64,000 bases of DNA from Blasia pusilla (Eukaryota): assembly GCA_050084515.1 (NCBI GenBank), contig CM114271.1, forward strand, positions 5,270,001 through 5,334,000. Reading direction: 5' to 3'. This document shows, piece after piece, positions 40,129 through 53,000 of the stretch (position 1 is its first letter; every line of letters starts with the position of its first letter). The notes under the pieces are model-generated. The model had not been told where the DNA came from. It saw only the letters and a program-made list of their open reading frames with translations, and did not search any database. Position numbers and translations under genes: made by a program.

Positions 40129-41070
40129 ATTTGGGTCTTGGATCTCTTTGGATGGATCAACATTGGGTTAGCTGCTGTTTTGCAGGCTGGAGTACGCGTG
40201 CAACAGTATTTGTATGTGGAGATTGATGATGTTGCTAGGCGCGATTCACTTCACCATATGGCGCAATTAGGCCTCTATTTTCCCGACTTGTTATCTGCAT
40301 TCGTCATTCACGGTTACCAGAGTTTCCTACTGAGGGACATTTCATTGTTGGGGGCGCAGGACTTGGAGCGGGTAGGGACCATAGACTTGGTCATTTCTGG
40401 TTGGGCGTGTCAGGGCCAATCGAGTGTTGGAGGAGGTAGCGGGTTAGCTGACGCTCGGTCCTCGTTGTTTTGGGAGATGATGCGGATCTTGCGACATTTA
40501 CAAGAGCATCAGCTTCGTTCTCTAGCATACATTTTGGAGAATATGCCAATTTTGGACGATTTGAGGTCCCGCATGGTGACGAGAACACATCACGTGCATG
40601 CATGGATTGGCTTGGCAGTGTTGTTAGATGCGGCAAGTGTGGGTTCTAGAGCACACCGACCGCGTCTTTGGTGGACCAACTTGGTACCGCATGAGGTGTT
40701 GCGGAGATCTTATGTGAGAGTGGAGTGTCCCTCCAATTTGTTGGTGGATTCTATATTGGATCAGAGCCGTCGATAACAGGCAATGAGGCACGATGATGGA
40801 CCGTCGTTGACTCTCATCATTAGGATTGGCATGCCACGAGCAACCTTTCCCACATTGGTGAGTTTTCTCGCTTCCTATGCATTCAAGGAGAATGGAATTG
40901 GCTTGGTTTGGGATGACCATATAAAGAGGTTGGTGGAGCCCAACGCCAATGAGCGAGAGAGAGCGATGGAATTCCCCACAAGAGTGATGGCAGTATCATA
41001 ACTATTTGATGCATCACAACATCATGTCTTGGGTCAGGCGATGGACCTGAACTGCTTGGCATGGATTTTC
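40129..41070 (+). pseudogene. DNMT3-like C5 cytosine DNA methyltransferase domain inside the Gypsy polyprotein
   Basis: Motifs in canonical order: I VLDLFGWI, II YVEID, IV IDLVISGWACQG (catalytic Cys), V GLADARSSLFWE, VI YILENM, VIII AHRPRLWWTNL, IX ERERAMEFP, X LGQAMD. Same frame as the protease, with point stops only. Confidence 0.88.
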
Positions 41071-44000
41071 AGCTTAGGAGTATCTGAGCAATATCGTTTG
41101 AGGATGCGACATATCACAAAAGTTGCGTTGGTGAGCCCTTGCCTACCAAGACGGTTGAGGCAATGGCTGGGGGCAAGACCCGAGGAGATCGATACACTAG
41201 GGGTGATCGGAAGAGACACCCTTGGACTTCTTGGGATATTTTGTACGTACGCCAGGAGATGGTAGCCACAACATCGAGCGTGGTTCCGGGTACAGCAAAT
41301 GGGGATCCGATTTTGCATTTGGTTGTAGGAGAGCAGTCGAGTTTTGTTTTCCGAGACGGGGTTGCACCATAGCAACCACCCATACCCATGCCGGAGAGTC
41401 CTATTGTAGTCACGATGGAGACTTGGGAGTCATATATGGGCCCTAAGTTGACAGGAGGAGAGCGGCGCCGGATCACGAGTTCCTTAGAAGTTATAGGAGC
41501 TGTTTTGCATTTAGTATGCAGGATTTGGGTACGTTGAAGGGTCCAGGGATCCGCATTGAGATGTCGAGTGACACGCCGATCTTCCGACGATCCTACAAGT
41601 ACAGTGACATAGAGAGGGCTCTAATTCAGAAGCCAGGACTTGGTTGGCACATGATTAGTGGTATGTCGCATGGAGAGTATGCATCTGCGACTATCATGCC
41701 CACCAAGAAGCATGTGCATGGCAACCGGACGGATATGCATATGTGTGGAGATTACCGACCTTTCAATCGGCAGACAAAGTCCGATAGGTATGCCATGCCC
41801 ACTCCTGAGGAGATCTTTGATTCTATTGGGTATGTAAAGGTCTTCAGTTTGTTAGATCTTTGAGTTGGATACCATCAGCTGTCTATCAGATTGGAGGACA
41901 AGGAGAAGACGGCATTTTGGGGCATCAATTCTCACGGGAAGAATTGCTTGTATCAGTGGCGGTTCTTTCCAATTGGGTTAAAGAACGCCTCGGCTGAGTT
42001 TTAGAGGGTCATGGATAGATCTTGGAAGGTCTAGGTGTTATATTGATGACATTGTAGTCTTTAGTGCCACGGTTGAGGAGCATGACCGACATCTAGAGGA
42101 GATATTTCGATGATTGCAATTACATGGGCTGAAACTATATCGAGGCAAGTGCAAGTTCTTCTACAACCAGATTGAGTACCTAGGTCATACGATATACCCA
42201 AGGGGCCTTGGTGTGCGGTAGACGAAGATAGAGGCTATTTCACGCATTCCACACCCTACAGATGTGAGTCAAGATCGTGTATTCAGGGGATTGGTGAACT
42301 TCTATCGACGGTACGTCAAGGGTTTTAGCTCGATTGCAAAGCCCCTGATCTTGCTGACCAAGGTGGATCAAGAGTGGCACTGGGGGGATGAGTAGAAGGG
42401 GCATTGGGGGGATGAGCACGAGAGAGCATTTAAGATGCTCAAGGACAGAGTGATGTTCGTGCCCATATTGAGGAGAGTGATCAGGGGGCGTCCTTTCCAG
42501 TTGCATACCGATTGGAGCATATTAAGGCTTGGAGCCGTGCTCACCCAACATGATGATGATGGTAGAGAGTTTGTAGTGGCTTATGGTAGTTGCTTGAATA
42601 ATATTGCAGAGGAAAAGTATAGCTCGTATGAGGGTGAGTGATTGGCTGTAGTGTGGGTTTTCACACTTTTCAGATGTTATCTATTCGGCAATCCCTCTAC
42701 CATTATTACTGATCATCAGCCACTTAAGTGGTTGATGGAGTCTGACAAGTTTACAGGGAAGCTTGCGAGATGGGCTCTTTTGTTGCAGGAGTATGACTTC
42801 TAGGTGGAGCATGGACATGGGATGCTAAACCACGATGCATATGGTTTGAGCCGTAACCTATGCCCGAGTCAGCGAGATGCGACTGGAGCTTGTTGGCATG
42901 GTGAGAGTGATGAGGAGTTGGTGCCATGATGGCTTGCGTCAGCCTATTTGGGCTTGTTGGCTATGGAGAGCCAGATTGTTGAGACTTCGATGGCGAGGTG
43001 TGATGGAGAGTCCTTAGATCTAGAGGCTGGTGAGGAGATGATTGGTGGCCGAGATATTCACAACAATGGAGTGGTCTTGGAGTACCTGCGTACTGGCAGC
43101 GTTGCAAGCATAGTGGGTGCTAGAGAGCAGGATCGGATCCTACATCGAGCCAGACGGTCTCGGTGGGAGGGCAAACATGTGTTGCAAGTGTGGGAGGATG
43201 GTAGAGTGCGTGTAGTGCCTCATCCTTGGTAGAGAGCATATTTGGTGCGTCATGCCCATGAGGAGTTGGGTCATTTTGGAGTGAATCGGACGTACAACTT
43301 ACTCCAAATTTAATATTTGTGGCGAGGCATGCAGAGTGATGTTCGGTAGTTTGTTGTCAGATGCATGGTGTGTGATTGAGTGTGAGCATCGTTCAATGCT
43401 CTGACTCCATAGTTGCATCCACTTCCAATCATGGGTTTAGGTTATAGATGGAGTTTGGATTTTGCAAGACCTTTCCCTTTGACGGAGTGCCATAGTCGTT
43501 ATGTGTTGGTGATGGTCGAGCACTTCTCAAAGTGGATAGAGTTGGTTGCATTGTCTAACAAAGTGAGTGAAGGAGTAGCATATGCCTTCCTAGATGGAGT
43601 GTTGAGTCATTAAGATGCACCAGCTGAGGTGTTGACAGACCATGGTATAGAGTTCCGCGGGGAGTTTCAGGCCTTGTGTGATCAGGCACTGATCAACCAT
43701 CGCACTACCTCGCGAGATCATCCTGAGGCGGATGGACTAGCCGAGCGGGTTATGCAGACGTGAAGAGAGGACTACGCAAATATGGCTTGTGGAGAGGTCA
43801 CCCAAGAGATTGGGACATTCAGTTGTTGTGGTTGGCGATGGGATACAGATTTAGGAAGCAGGCATCCTTAGCGTCTTTCTCACCGTATTTGTTGCTTTAT
43901 GGCCGAGAGCCAAATTTACCTACGACCATTTGTCGAGATGTTGGTGAGGTGTTGAACCTTGATAACCCTGATGTATGGATGCGAGCATCCTCTCAGAGGG

Positions 44001-44353
44001 CTGAGTTGTTTCGGAGAGTGATGCTCATGGCGTTTGAGAACTTGGCGATTGCGCAACATCGAGATACGTTGAGGTATGCAACTATTCGGGGAGGTGGTTA
44101 TCGACCTACAATCCGGAGGTTTCATCAAGGAGACTATGTCTACTTATAGCAGATGGCACCCACGACGTTGGATATGACTGCATGGTGCACCATCTTGAGA
44201 GTGCGTGAGGTTTTGCCATCCGGTGTTCTCTTATTGGAGGGATGCGATGGTATGGTTTGGAAGGACCATGTGCGTAACTATGCTCCATGTCATCTTCCGA
44301 ACATTGACAATACAGTTGATTAGAGTTTAGCAATAGTTCTTACAGGCTTACGA

Positions 44354-44494
44354 TGTATGTTGTGTGGTTCCGCCCGTGGTGCAGCCATAATGCTAGTGTG
44401 TGATGGGTGTTCGAGAGGATGGCATATTGCATGTTTGACGCCACCTCTCACTAGGATTTCTTAGGGACGATGGATGTGTCCCAAATGTACGTAG
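44354..44494 (+). pseudogene. PHD finger (C4HC3) at the integrase C-terminus
   Basis: CMLCGSARGAAIMLVCDGCSRGWHIACLTPPLTRIS*GRWMCPKCT*, in frame with integrase ORF 43760-44149. Confidence 0.9.
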
Positions 44495-46863
44495 CGTAGG
44501 TAGTTCTACATTATGACTTGAGGCTAGTACATGGATGATAAGAAGGCGACTAACGATAGGGCCACATGTTCTTAGTGTTTGAGAGATGTATGTCATGGTA
44601 GGTAGGGATAGATGGCTATCTAGAGTTAGAGGGACCTAACCCCCAACTAGGGGGGCGATTGGAGAGATTTTGGTACTTTTGTCTCGTTGTTTGGATGCCA
44701 TGAGTTAGCATGGGATCGTGCATGTTTGTGTGTGTGTCTGGTGACAACAATATATGTTATGTAACGATGTGTATGCGCACGACATATACGCGACTATATG
44801 TAGTTCTTTGCCCACCTATAGGTCGTTGTGCTGAACACAAAGGCATTATCCTTCTCAACAATTCCCGAGGAATGAAAGTCCGTGAAACACCAACATGTTC
44901 ATTTGACTGATTTGTGGTGCAGCTACCCTATTTGGAACTAGGTAGGAACTATCTTGTTGTACTCCCCACTAACTGTTCAGTAAAATACAAATGTCAGCCT
45001 CTCAGTTTCATGGTCGCGGTTTCTTTGGTCACATCTTAACCACTCTAGGCTAACTATCCATCAGAATGGCTGCACATTCATACGCAACTTAACTTTACCT
45101 CATTATTTTACAACTATGATAAGGCCTGTCTAATCAGAAAACTTTGAGAAGCCTACAGTCCGCGTGTTCATATGTACTAAAGCTTCATTATAAATCTCCT
45201 GCCACGAACCAAGCGCATACTATACTTTCCTGCACATTGTTAGACTGCCATTGTGTATTGCATCTGCATGTAGGTTTTTCATACATAGTGACTGGTTCAC
45301 ATAATATCAAATCGGCAGGTTGAGCCTACAACAGAGATTCTATAGTCAGCTATACACTAAACATCTTTGTAAGTATGGGGCTAGACTATATTAACTATTC
45401 TATATCACACTCGGTATTGTTGCTAGGAAATCACTCTACGAGTTTCATGATGCAGACCATACACTTGTATTTACAGTTGGGTGTCATGCCACTGAAGTAA
45501 GGTGCCCACCACCAACATATCTCTCTCCATTGGCATTTTGTATCATTGTGAATCAGCTGTGTCGTGAGCTTCATGGTGTGATGCCCATTCGAGTTACAAT
45601 GCAAAGCAGAGTTTGTTTAGCCGGTATAGAGGGGACTACTATCAATGCGGCAAGCTATGTGCATCGTTGTAGCTTGTCATATTTAGGACACTGAATCAAC
45701 CCACTGTCTGAGGTGGAAATTTGTGCACTACAATCCACTCATATCAGAGGAGAGAAGGTTAATTTAATACCTGATGTTGTAGGTGAGCAACCTTATGTAC
45801 TGTTCACTCAATTGTCTCCATCCGAATATGTATATTGCATAATCTGTGTTTACAGACTCGGCCAACCTATGCTAGATGAACTGAAAGTTTCCCTATGTAC
45901 TTCAGCCTATGGATTTTCTGAGACCAACGGTGTATTACTATGGCTTCTTAAGTTTCTTGCAACACCATCCTTTCAGGTTGCTGTTAAAGACTTCTATTGC
46001 ATATAGCGACGAGCTCCTTCACCTTGTTCACTTATCCTGACCTATTGGATAACAATTCTTGTATTAAGATCCAGACACGGTTGTAGTGTCCGTGGTAGTA
46101 GGCGATTGTCAATTGGTTATGCAAGTTCATTTATTGTGTATGCATCAACTCCTCTAGTTTCTACTGATTATTTGTAGTTGAACACGACATATCCCGATAT
46201 ACTCTCCCAAGTTTAGGTACTTACCTGCCTCCACCAATGTCATGTATTTATGGGATGCGTGCGATTGTATTAATGGCCACTACTTGCCAGTGACTTTAGC
46301 AAACAACTGTAGATCCTTTGCTATTTTAATTGATTATGCTTAGTTCTAGGTAGGTGTTTAACGTGGATTTTTCACAAGCCTTATTGCATTCTAAATTACA
46401 TTTGTAGATTAGCTTCTTCATAGTTATCCATCCAATTCCATGATGAATAGTTGATCCAGGGGCTCGATTACATATATTCAGGTGAACTGTACATCGGCAT
46501 TGTTCACACAACAAACATTGCTCATGTCCATGCATCAACCTCCTAAACTGTTGTGTTTTGCGGCCTACTTCTCTGTCTTGGGTTTTTTTGTATCTAGGGA
46601 AGGAGTATAGACATCATTAGATACAAAATGGCCGCCTTGTTTGCCTTTGTTTAGAATGCTTACCTATGTTACTGCCACCTCATGCATGGACACAGTGCAT
46701 ATATAGTGTTCTTGCTTTCTATACGTGCCAAGAAGTGGCATTTCCATCTATTGTTATGAAGTAAATTTGTGTACATTTTGATTACTTGCTTCCGTTATAC
46801 TGATGTGACTTCCTATTGTGGAACCTTATTGAACCAAGCGCATGAGAGTGCTTCTTGTAATAC

Positions 46864-49800
46864 ATGGTTTCTGCTACCAGACCCCAAAGGGTCCAAAGAC
46901 CCAACTTAGCAAACCAGAATAAGCTTAAGGCATGTAGAGAACATGCAAGGGTGAGGTTGATCCTTCTGAGTAAGATACAGAGAAAGCCTATCAATAGAGT
47001 ATGGCCCAACATCGAAACAATACTCAGACTTTGGCAACAACAATCCTCATCTTTTATAGGCAACATGAAAAGCTGTGGATATTGCGGTGCCGTTAATTAC
47101 GGAACTAGTCAAGTAAGGTTGACTCTTATAGAAACATACACCTATCCGCCTTATGCTCTCTGTAATAGCTACATGTCTAAATATGTGATACCTTCTCATG
47201 GAAAATTTTACGTGTGTTCCCAATGCAAGGGTCGTTCACCTCAGACAAGCCATAACGTTTACATGACTCTACAATACATGCATGACGTGTTGGCAATCAA
47301 ACCTCTGTACCTCTAGCTAATGTCCTTTGTGGATTCTCGCCTAGGCATTGAGACTAAATACAGCGGTTTTCATACAAGATTCTTTCAGGTTGACTCATTA
47401 CTTGATTGCCAACTTTTGGCATGGAATATTGACCAGCCTCTGCTATCCAACTCCAATTTTCTATATAGGCAAGTGAGAAAAGTTCTCCTTGTAAACCTGA
47501 GAGTTAACAATTTGTTTGCACAATACACACCTCTAATTGGGTTGCCCAGTCCTACACTTGGTCTTGTAATCCTGCCATCTTCCAATATGGAAATTATCCT
47601 AAAATCTTCCCAGGAAAAGGGGCAACTAACCCATAGCATGGCAGCAGATCCATCTAGTACAAAGCTTAATGTGGTGCAAGACGTGCAATAATCCCTCCCC
47701 GTGAAGTGTAGAAAATCCTATGATATCTTTCACAATGGTAGTGTTTCTCTTCGTGAGCATGCCCACAGTAGAGTATAACTTCTAAGTGACAAAAACCGGA
47801 TGTCTGCCAATAGCAAACTCACAATTGAGACAAGGATTTTCCCCTTTTTGTTTCCATACTTAAGGGGTACTTTACGGGGCAGTCTTCATTCAGCGACTAC
47901 TTACGCTGCCATACCAAATATCTTTTTAGTGTATGCATATTATACCAACCATATATCCTCATGATGCACCAACTTCGGCAATCTATTGCTTTAGCATCCT
48001 CTAGTCGCTCTTTTAATTTAGCCTAAACAAAGAACTTGACCAACTAAAAGAAAACACCCTGATCTCCCTCATGAAGACCTCTATGCACACTTGTCTAGAT
48101 ATATTGTTGGTGCGCATATACCAGGTAGCCTGTCTTGGAATTTCCGTCACTTAAAGAACCTTAAAGCAATGGTCAAGAAGTGGGGTATGCCATACTTGTT
48201 TGTGACTTTAACTTCTGATGAGGTATCAGATTCTAGGTGATCTGAGATTGATGATATAGAGGCAATCCTTTGCAAGGTCAATTCCTCCCTCACATGGAGG
48301 AACGCTCCTCCTGAGTGTGCAGCACTATTTCATACAAGGCTCAAAACATTCTTTCAAAATTATATCCTGGGACATGTACACAACTACCTGGTCTGTTATG
48401 AGTTCTAAGGTCGGGGGAGCTTGCACTACCACATGATACTATGGGTAAGCGACCAGGATATTAATTGTGTCACTTGAGAGATATGTTGTTATATTCCTTC
48501 CGTTGATAGTCCTGCTACAGAGTTGGCCACCTAGCTTACTCCGCTCCATAGGTTGCATCGGTTTGTTACGACCAAGCAGATACATACATGTTAACAGGAA
48601 GTGTGCACCATTAGGGGGACAAAAGATCATCCACCATACTGTCGTATGGAATTTCATGCAACCCCAAACTTTTGTATAGAGCCTATTTTTTATCAACATA
48701 CTTTGAAGTGGACGTATTATTGGCTTGGCTTGGAACACCGTAACGTCATCTCGTATCACTCTGCAATCCTGGTACTTTGGGGAGCACACATGAACCTACA
48801 ACGGGTGACTAATGTTCAGTGGTCATTTTATTTTTTGAAATACGCATTGAAATCTGAGCCACAAGGATCTTTGAATATAAATACAGTATGCGTAAGGTGC
48901 CTAGGTCTTGAGGACCTTGACAAGATTAGGCTACGTCTTATATCTGGACTTGTATTGAACCGGTAGTTGTTGTGATATTATGGAGGAGTGTATTGTAGAA
49001 AAAATCTTTGGATTTGCATTTGCAAATCCAAAGGATGATCTACCTAACATGCACTGTGCAAGTGACCAGTATGGTCGCCTCATAGATGCTAAGGTTATAG
49101 TTATCGACAATTTTTTCATGCTCACACCTCGGTTGCTCGGAATAATTGGTATGAGGTTGCACTAAGTCTGTCCCTCATCAAATTTGGATCCTTTTTCTAC
49201 AAAGCTTCTTATTCTTTTAGGTGACCTTTGTCAACTACAACCAGTTTGTCGCCATAATGTTGTTTCAATGTGTATGGCATGCCATATATCTTCATATATC
49301 GCCATTTTTCAGCTCACTACACAAGTACGAATTATCTACTGCTATGAGATATACCGTGGACAGCCAACTCCTTACTTTCTTGTCCAAATTCACACTCAAG
49401 CAACCTACATAACGTCATATTACTTCTTGTCTTGGTGACTGATTTGTTGAGGAAGATGTTGGTATAGATTTCATACAAGAAGACACTCAGATAATTTGCT
49501 CCCACCGAGCTGATGTCCAGCTATTTAATATTGTTTCTCTTCAGAGGCTTTATGGCTCTAGGTCAATTCTGCCTATTCATATCCCTACCAATGCACCGCC
49601 CGATTCGCAGTTTCATGATTGGATCTCTAATCCCTCTTTCTACCAACTACAATTTTTGCAATTGGTTGTAAAGTTCTATTGACATCTAACATTGATGTAA
49701 AAAATCAGGCAGCAAATGGTGCCTCAGCGACAATCCTAGATTGCACCTATAAATCGGATGAGCCGAGTTCTATTACATTGATATTGCACTCAAATAGTAT

Positions 49801-50081
49801 GGTCATGAGAGTGAGCACGACAAAATTTACTTCACTGCGACACGGCCCTAATTAACCAAAAGTATCATAAGAAGACATTTCCCCTTGTACTTGGCTGTGC
49901 AATAACTAGCCATAAAAGCATGGGGCTTACTGTAAGTGGCAGGTGTTTGTTGGTAATTAAAGTAGCCTTTGCACCCAACCTTGTGTACGTAATGTTATCG
50001 CGAGTAAAGAGTAGACAACATCGGAGAATTATTGGAACTTTGGGCCTTGCAGACTTTCATGTTTATGGGCAGAGTGTGTAG
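46864..50081 (+). mobile_element. Decayed Helitron Rep/PIF1-helicase gene (internally deleted)
   Basis: CGYC..CSQC finger; FPFLFP; GMPYLFVTLT; HUH motif EF*GRGSLHYHMILW (~48400); YFLKY (~48830); helicase VIVIDN, LLGDLCQLQPV, HKSMGLT, VYVMLSRV. Confidence 0.88.
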
Positions 50082-53000
50082 CGTCATCCACTACTATACT
50101 ATGTGCAACTAACTTGTAGTGATTGTAGCCAGCATGGTGGCCAGCGACACATCAACAAGAGGTAGGACAAGGAAGCATATCGGCACAAAGTGCATAACCA
50201 ACAAACTTCAGTCCAGCTATGGCTCCATCTCTAGCCGCGCATGCAGCTACAATATTGTTGAGCGACAAAAGCTCAAATGATTATCTCCAACCCCCACCAC
50301 CATAGCAACTTTTGACTTCCACTACTGACAACCAAGTTCAGTATGATGCCCAGGTTTGCTCTTATGTGAATAAGTCCTATTCAGCTTGCTTGATCAAAAA
50401 TTGCCAGACCATACCAAACAAGTGATGCAACCCATTTTTATCCCCGAATTTCCAGCTATCCACCTATACGTTCTTTGTCTCTCCTGGTTATGTTTTTCCA
50501 GGTGCCAAGGTTGTACGTGGATTTCGCCTAGATGATTCTTGACACTAGCTTCAAGTTGAAGCTAGTGTTGAGGTTGTTCCGCCAACAGATGCGCAGCTAA
50601 AGTACGCCAATAGCTTAGGATTGGACCAATCCCACTTGGGTGGCGATATCTCAAGCCGCAAGATGAGTCATATAATTGACCAGAGAAAGCTGTGGGCAAC
50701 GTCATTTCATGAGCTGAAAAATCAGTCACCTGCAACATGTGGGTGTTGTTGGTTGTATTGTATTAAAATGCTTATATAATAGTCTTTTTACTTTCTTTGC
50801 TAAGTTGTTCTTACCCCTTTTATGTCTGGGCCTATACCAAGAATTCAAAAAGAAGTGATGGTGTATAAGGGAATTGAATTCAATGAAGCCGATTTGAATA
50901 GGCAGCAGGTTGTCGTTCACTATGTTCGCTTGAGTGGTGGTATAAATCCCGACCAGTTTCAAGATTTTTGTGTAATAATGAAATTTCCGCTAGATATGTT
51001 GATTCCACTAAATTCTGCAAAGGCAACCCATTTGCTCCCACGGTTGAGAACTATTTGCAACAATGGCGCACCATCGACTTCACCTCAGTTGCACAATGGG
51101 ATACGTAGTGTTTCTCAGCAGCTACCTTCTTCGACATCCTATCCAACCCGGTCTCCATCTGCAAGCCACAACGCCACATTTTAGTTCAACATCGATGGTA
51201 CACCATATGTTGGTCCCATTCTACCAGAGTCTCCAAACAAGCAAAAATGTGCATGAGCTTATTGTGAAAGATCAGGTCTGACACTATACTCTCATGTTTG
51301 TATAATGAACTTGCTATTGCTTGGGTTTGTTGTGCTTTATTGCTTGATGTCCATCTTTGACTTTCTTGTACCCGTCTTGTGCAGTGTTCTGAAGTCGTAC
51401 ACAACTATGTGAACTCACTTGCTGGTTGTACTCCATGACAACAACTATTAACTTGCCATTTTCCTTCACTTTTTGGCATGCGCCCAACATGCACTTATAT
51501 ACATGCAAAATTTGTGGCTATGTTGGTCAAGTTGCTATATATTCGACGGTAATTCCGGTTTTCCTTGCTATATCGTTGCTGAAATAGTATGAAGGGCAGT
51601 CTTGCTATTTCATTACAACAAGTGATTGTGCTCAGAAGACAACTCTAACTCTTGGCTACACTTGCAACTTTAAAGTTGGTTTTGAATTCCGGCACATCAT
51701 ACTCTGCATAAGCTTTGTAAACGCGTAGAATGTTACTTGCTTCTGTACCATATGTTTGTTGGCCATGTCTACTTTTTTCCGTAGGAGTTTTGCTCCTCAT
51801 TGAGTGCTTGTTATCACTGAATTCATGTCTTACGTCAGATTGTGTAAACGTTAAATTTATGCTTGTACGTACCCTAGTCGGCTATATTGCAGATGAGGTT
51901 TTTTCTCAGTTTGTATTTATGTGGGATCTTCACTCTATCTTTGTGTTGCTAAAAATTTCCCGGTAGCCCAGTAGTTGCCACTTCCCTTGTCGAGAACGAC
52001 ATCTCTCAGTCATACATCCACTCATTTACCAATTGTGATGTGGCCTAAGAATTTACCACAAGGACTGTGTGTGTTGTAGATTGTATGGCATTGTAGCTTA
52101 CATCAATGTACTTGTACTTGTACTTGACAAGTCTTTTATTCCGCTTTAGTTGAGCATCATCTTAGAGTTCATACAATCTTTTCACATATGCACTTTGTAG
52201 TTTATCTTTTTTCTTATCTGGTTCTGCTCTAGGCTGTAGTGAGCCCCTCTTTCCATTTGTAGTGGTATTCTATAGCTTAGCCTTTGTGCACTGAATTTGA
52301 TATGTTGTAAGTTATTTCCATGTCCCCAGTTCACTTTAGTGAGTTTCTAATTGCAATTTTTTGGTTCAAATCGCTTACAGGAGACTATTTCCAATGGCCA
52401 CACACCTACCACCGCATAGTGCACACCGCTTACAAGTACCCCAATTTGTTGCAAAGTGCAGAAAAAAAGGGGTCGAATTTTTTTTGCAGCACTGAACAAT
52501 GAAGTTGCCACCCCATCCTACTCCATTGATACTGTCTTGATTGCATACTCCATTAATACTGTCCCGATTGCATTATTTGATGCAACCCTTAAGAATATTG
52601 TTGTCCTTCATGACCAACTCAACAAATCTGAATTCACAACGAGATACTTAGGAAATTCATGGAATATGCTGGGAAGGACGATGGATATCGTATAGACAAA
52701 ATCATAGATGTGCATGAACCGCTTAGATCAATCATTGTTGAGTTGACGACTCTCAGTGATCATTGTAAAAAACACTATCCTTGTGATGAGGAACTAGATT
52801 TGTGCATTCGCCAGCTACAACACTTATCTGCTGTAATGTAACTACTCAGCATGCTACTATGTGTTCTCTTGCCCACATAATGTACCATGTGGTGTGGACT
52901 GCAACTACTTCAAGCTCTATTTCGTCTTCCATACCTGCAAGCGCTGATCTGTACTTGTTCCACAAACTCAGCTATATTCTATAGGTGCACTTTCTGTCAA

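Larger units (their letters stand above)
37425..44784 (+). mobile_element. Decayed, 5'-truncated Ty3/Gypsy LTR retrotransposon: gag(CCHC)-PR-DNMT-RT-RH-IN-PHD, with 3' LTR at 44591-44784
   Basis: CWSCGGAHHQRDC knuckle (~38290); protease VLLDS*AQP (~39410); RT MCGDYRPFN, LDL*VGYHQ, YIDDIVVFS; RNase H FQLHTDWS..GAVLTQ..YSSYEGE; IN HEELGHFG, CMVC, WSLDF, HPEADGLAER. Domain order RT-RH-IN indicates Gypsy. Confidence 0.93.
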
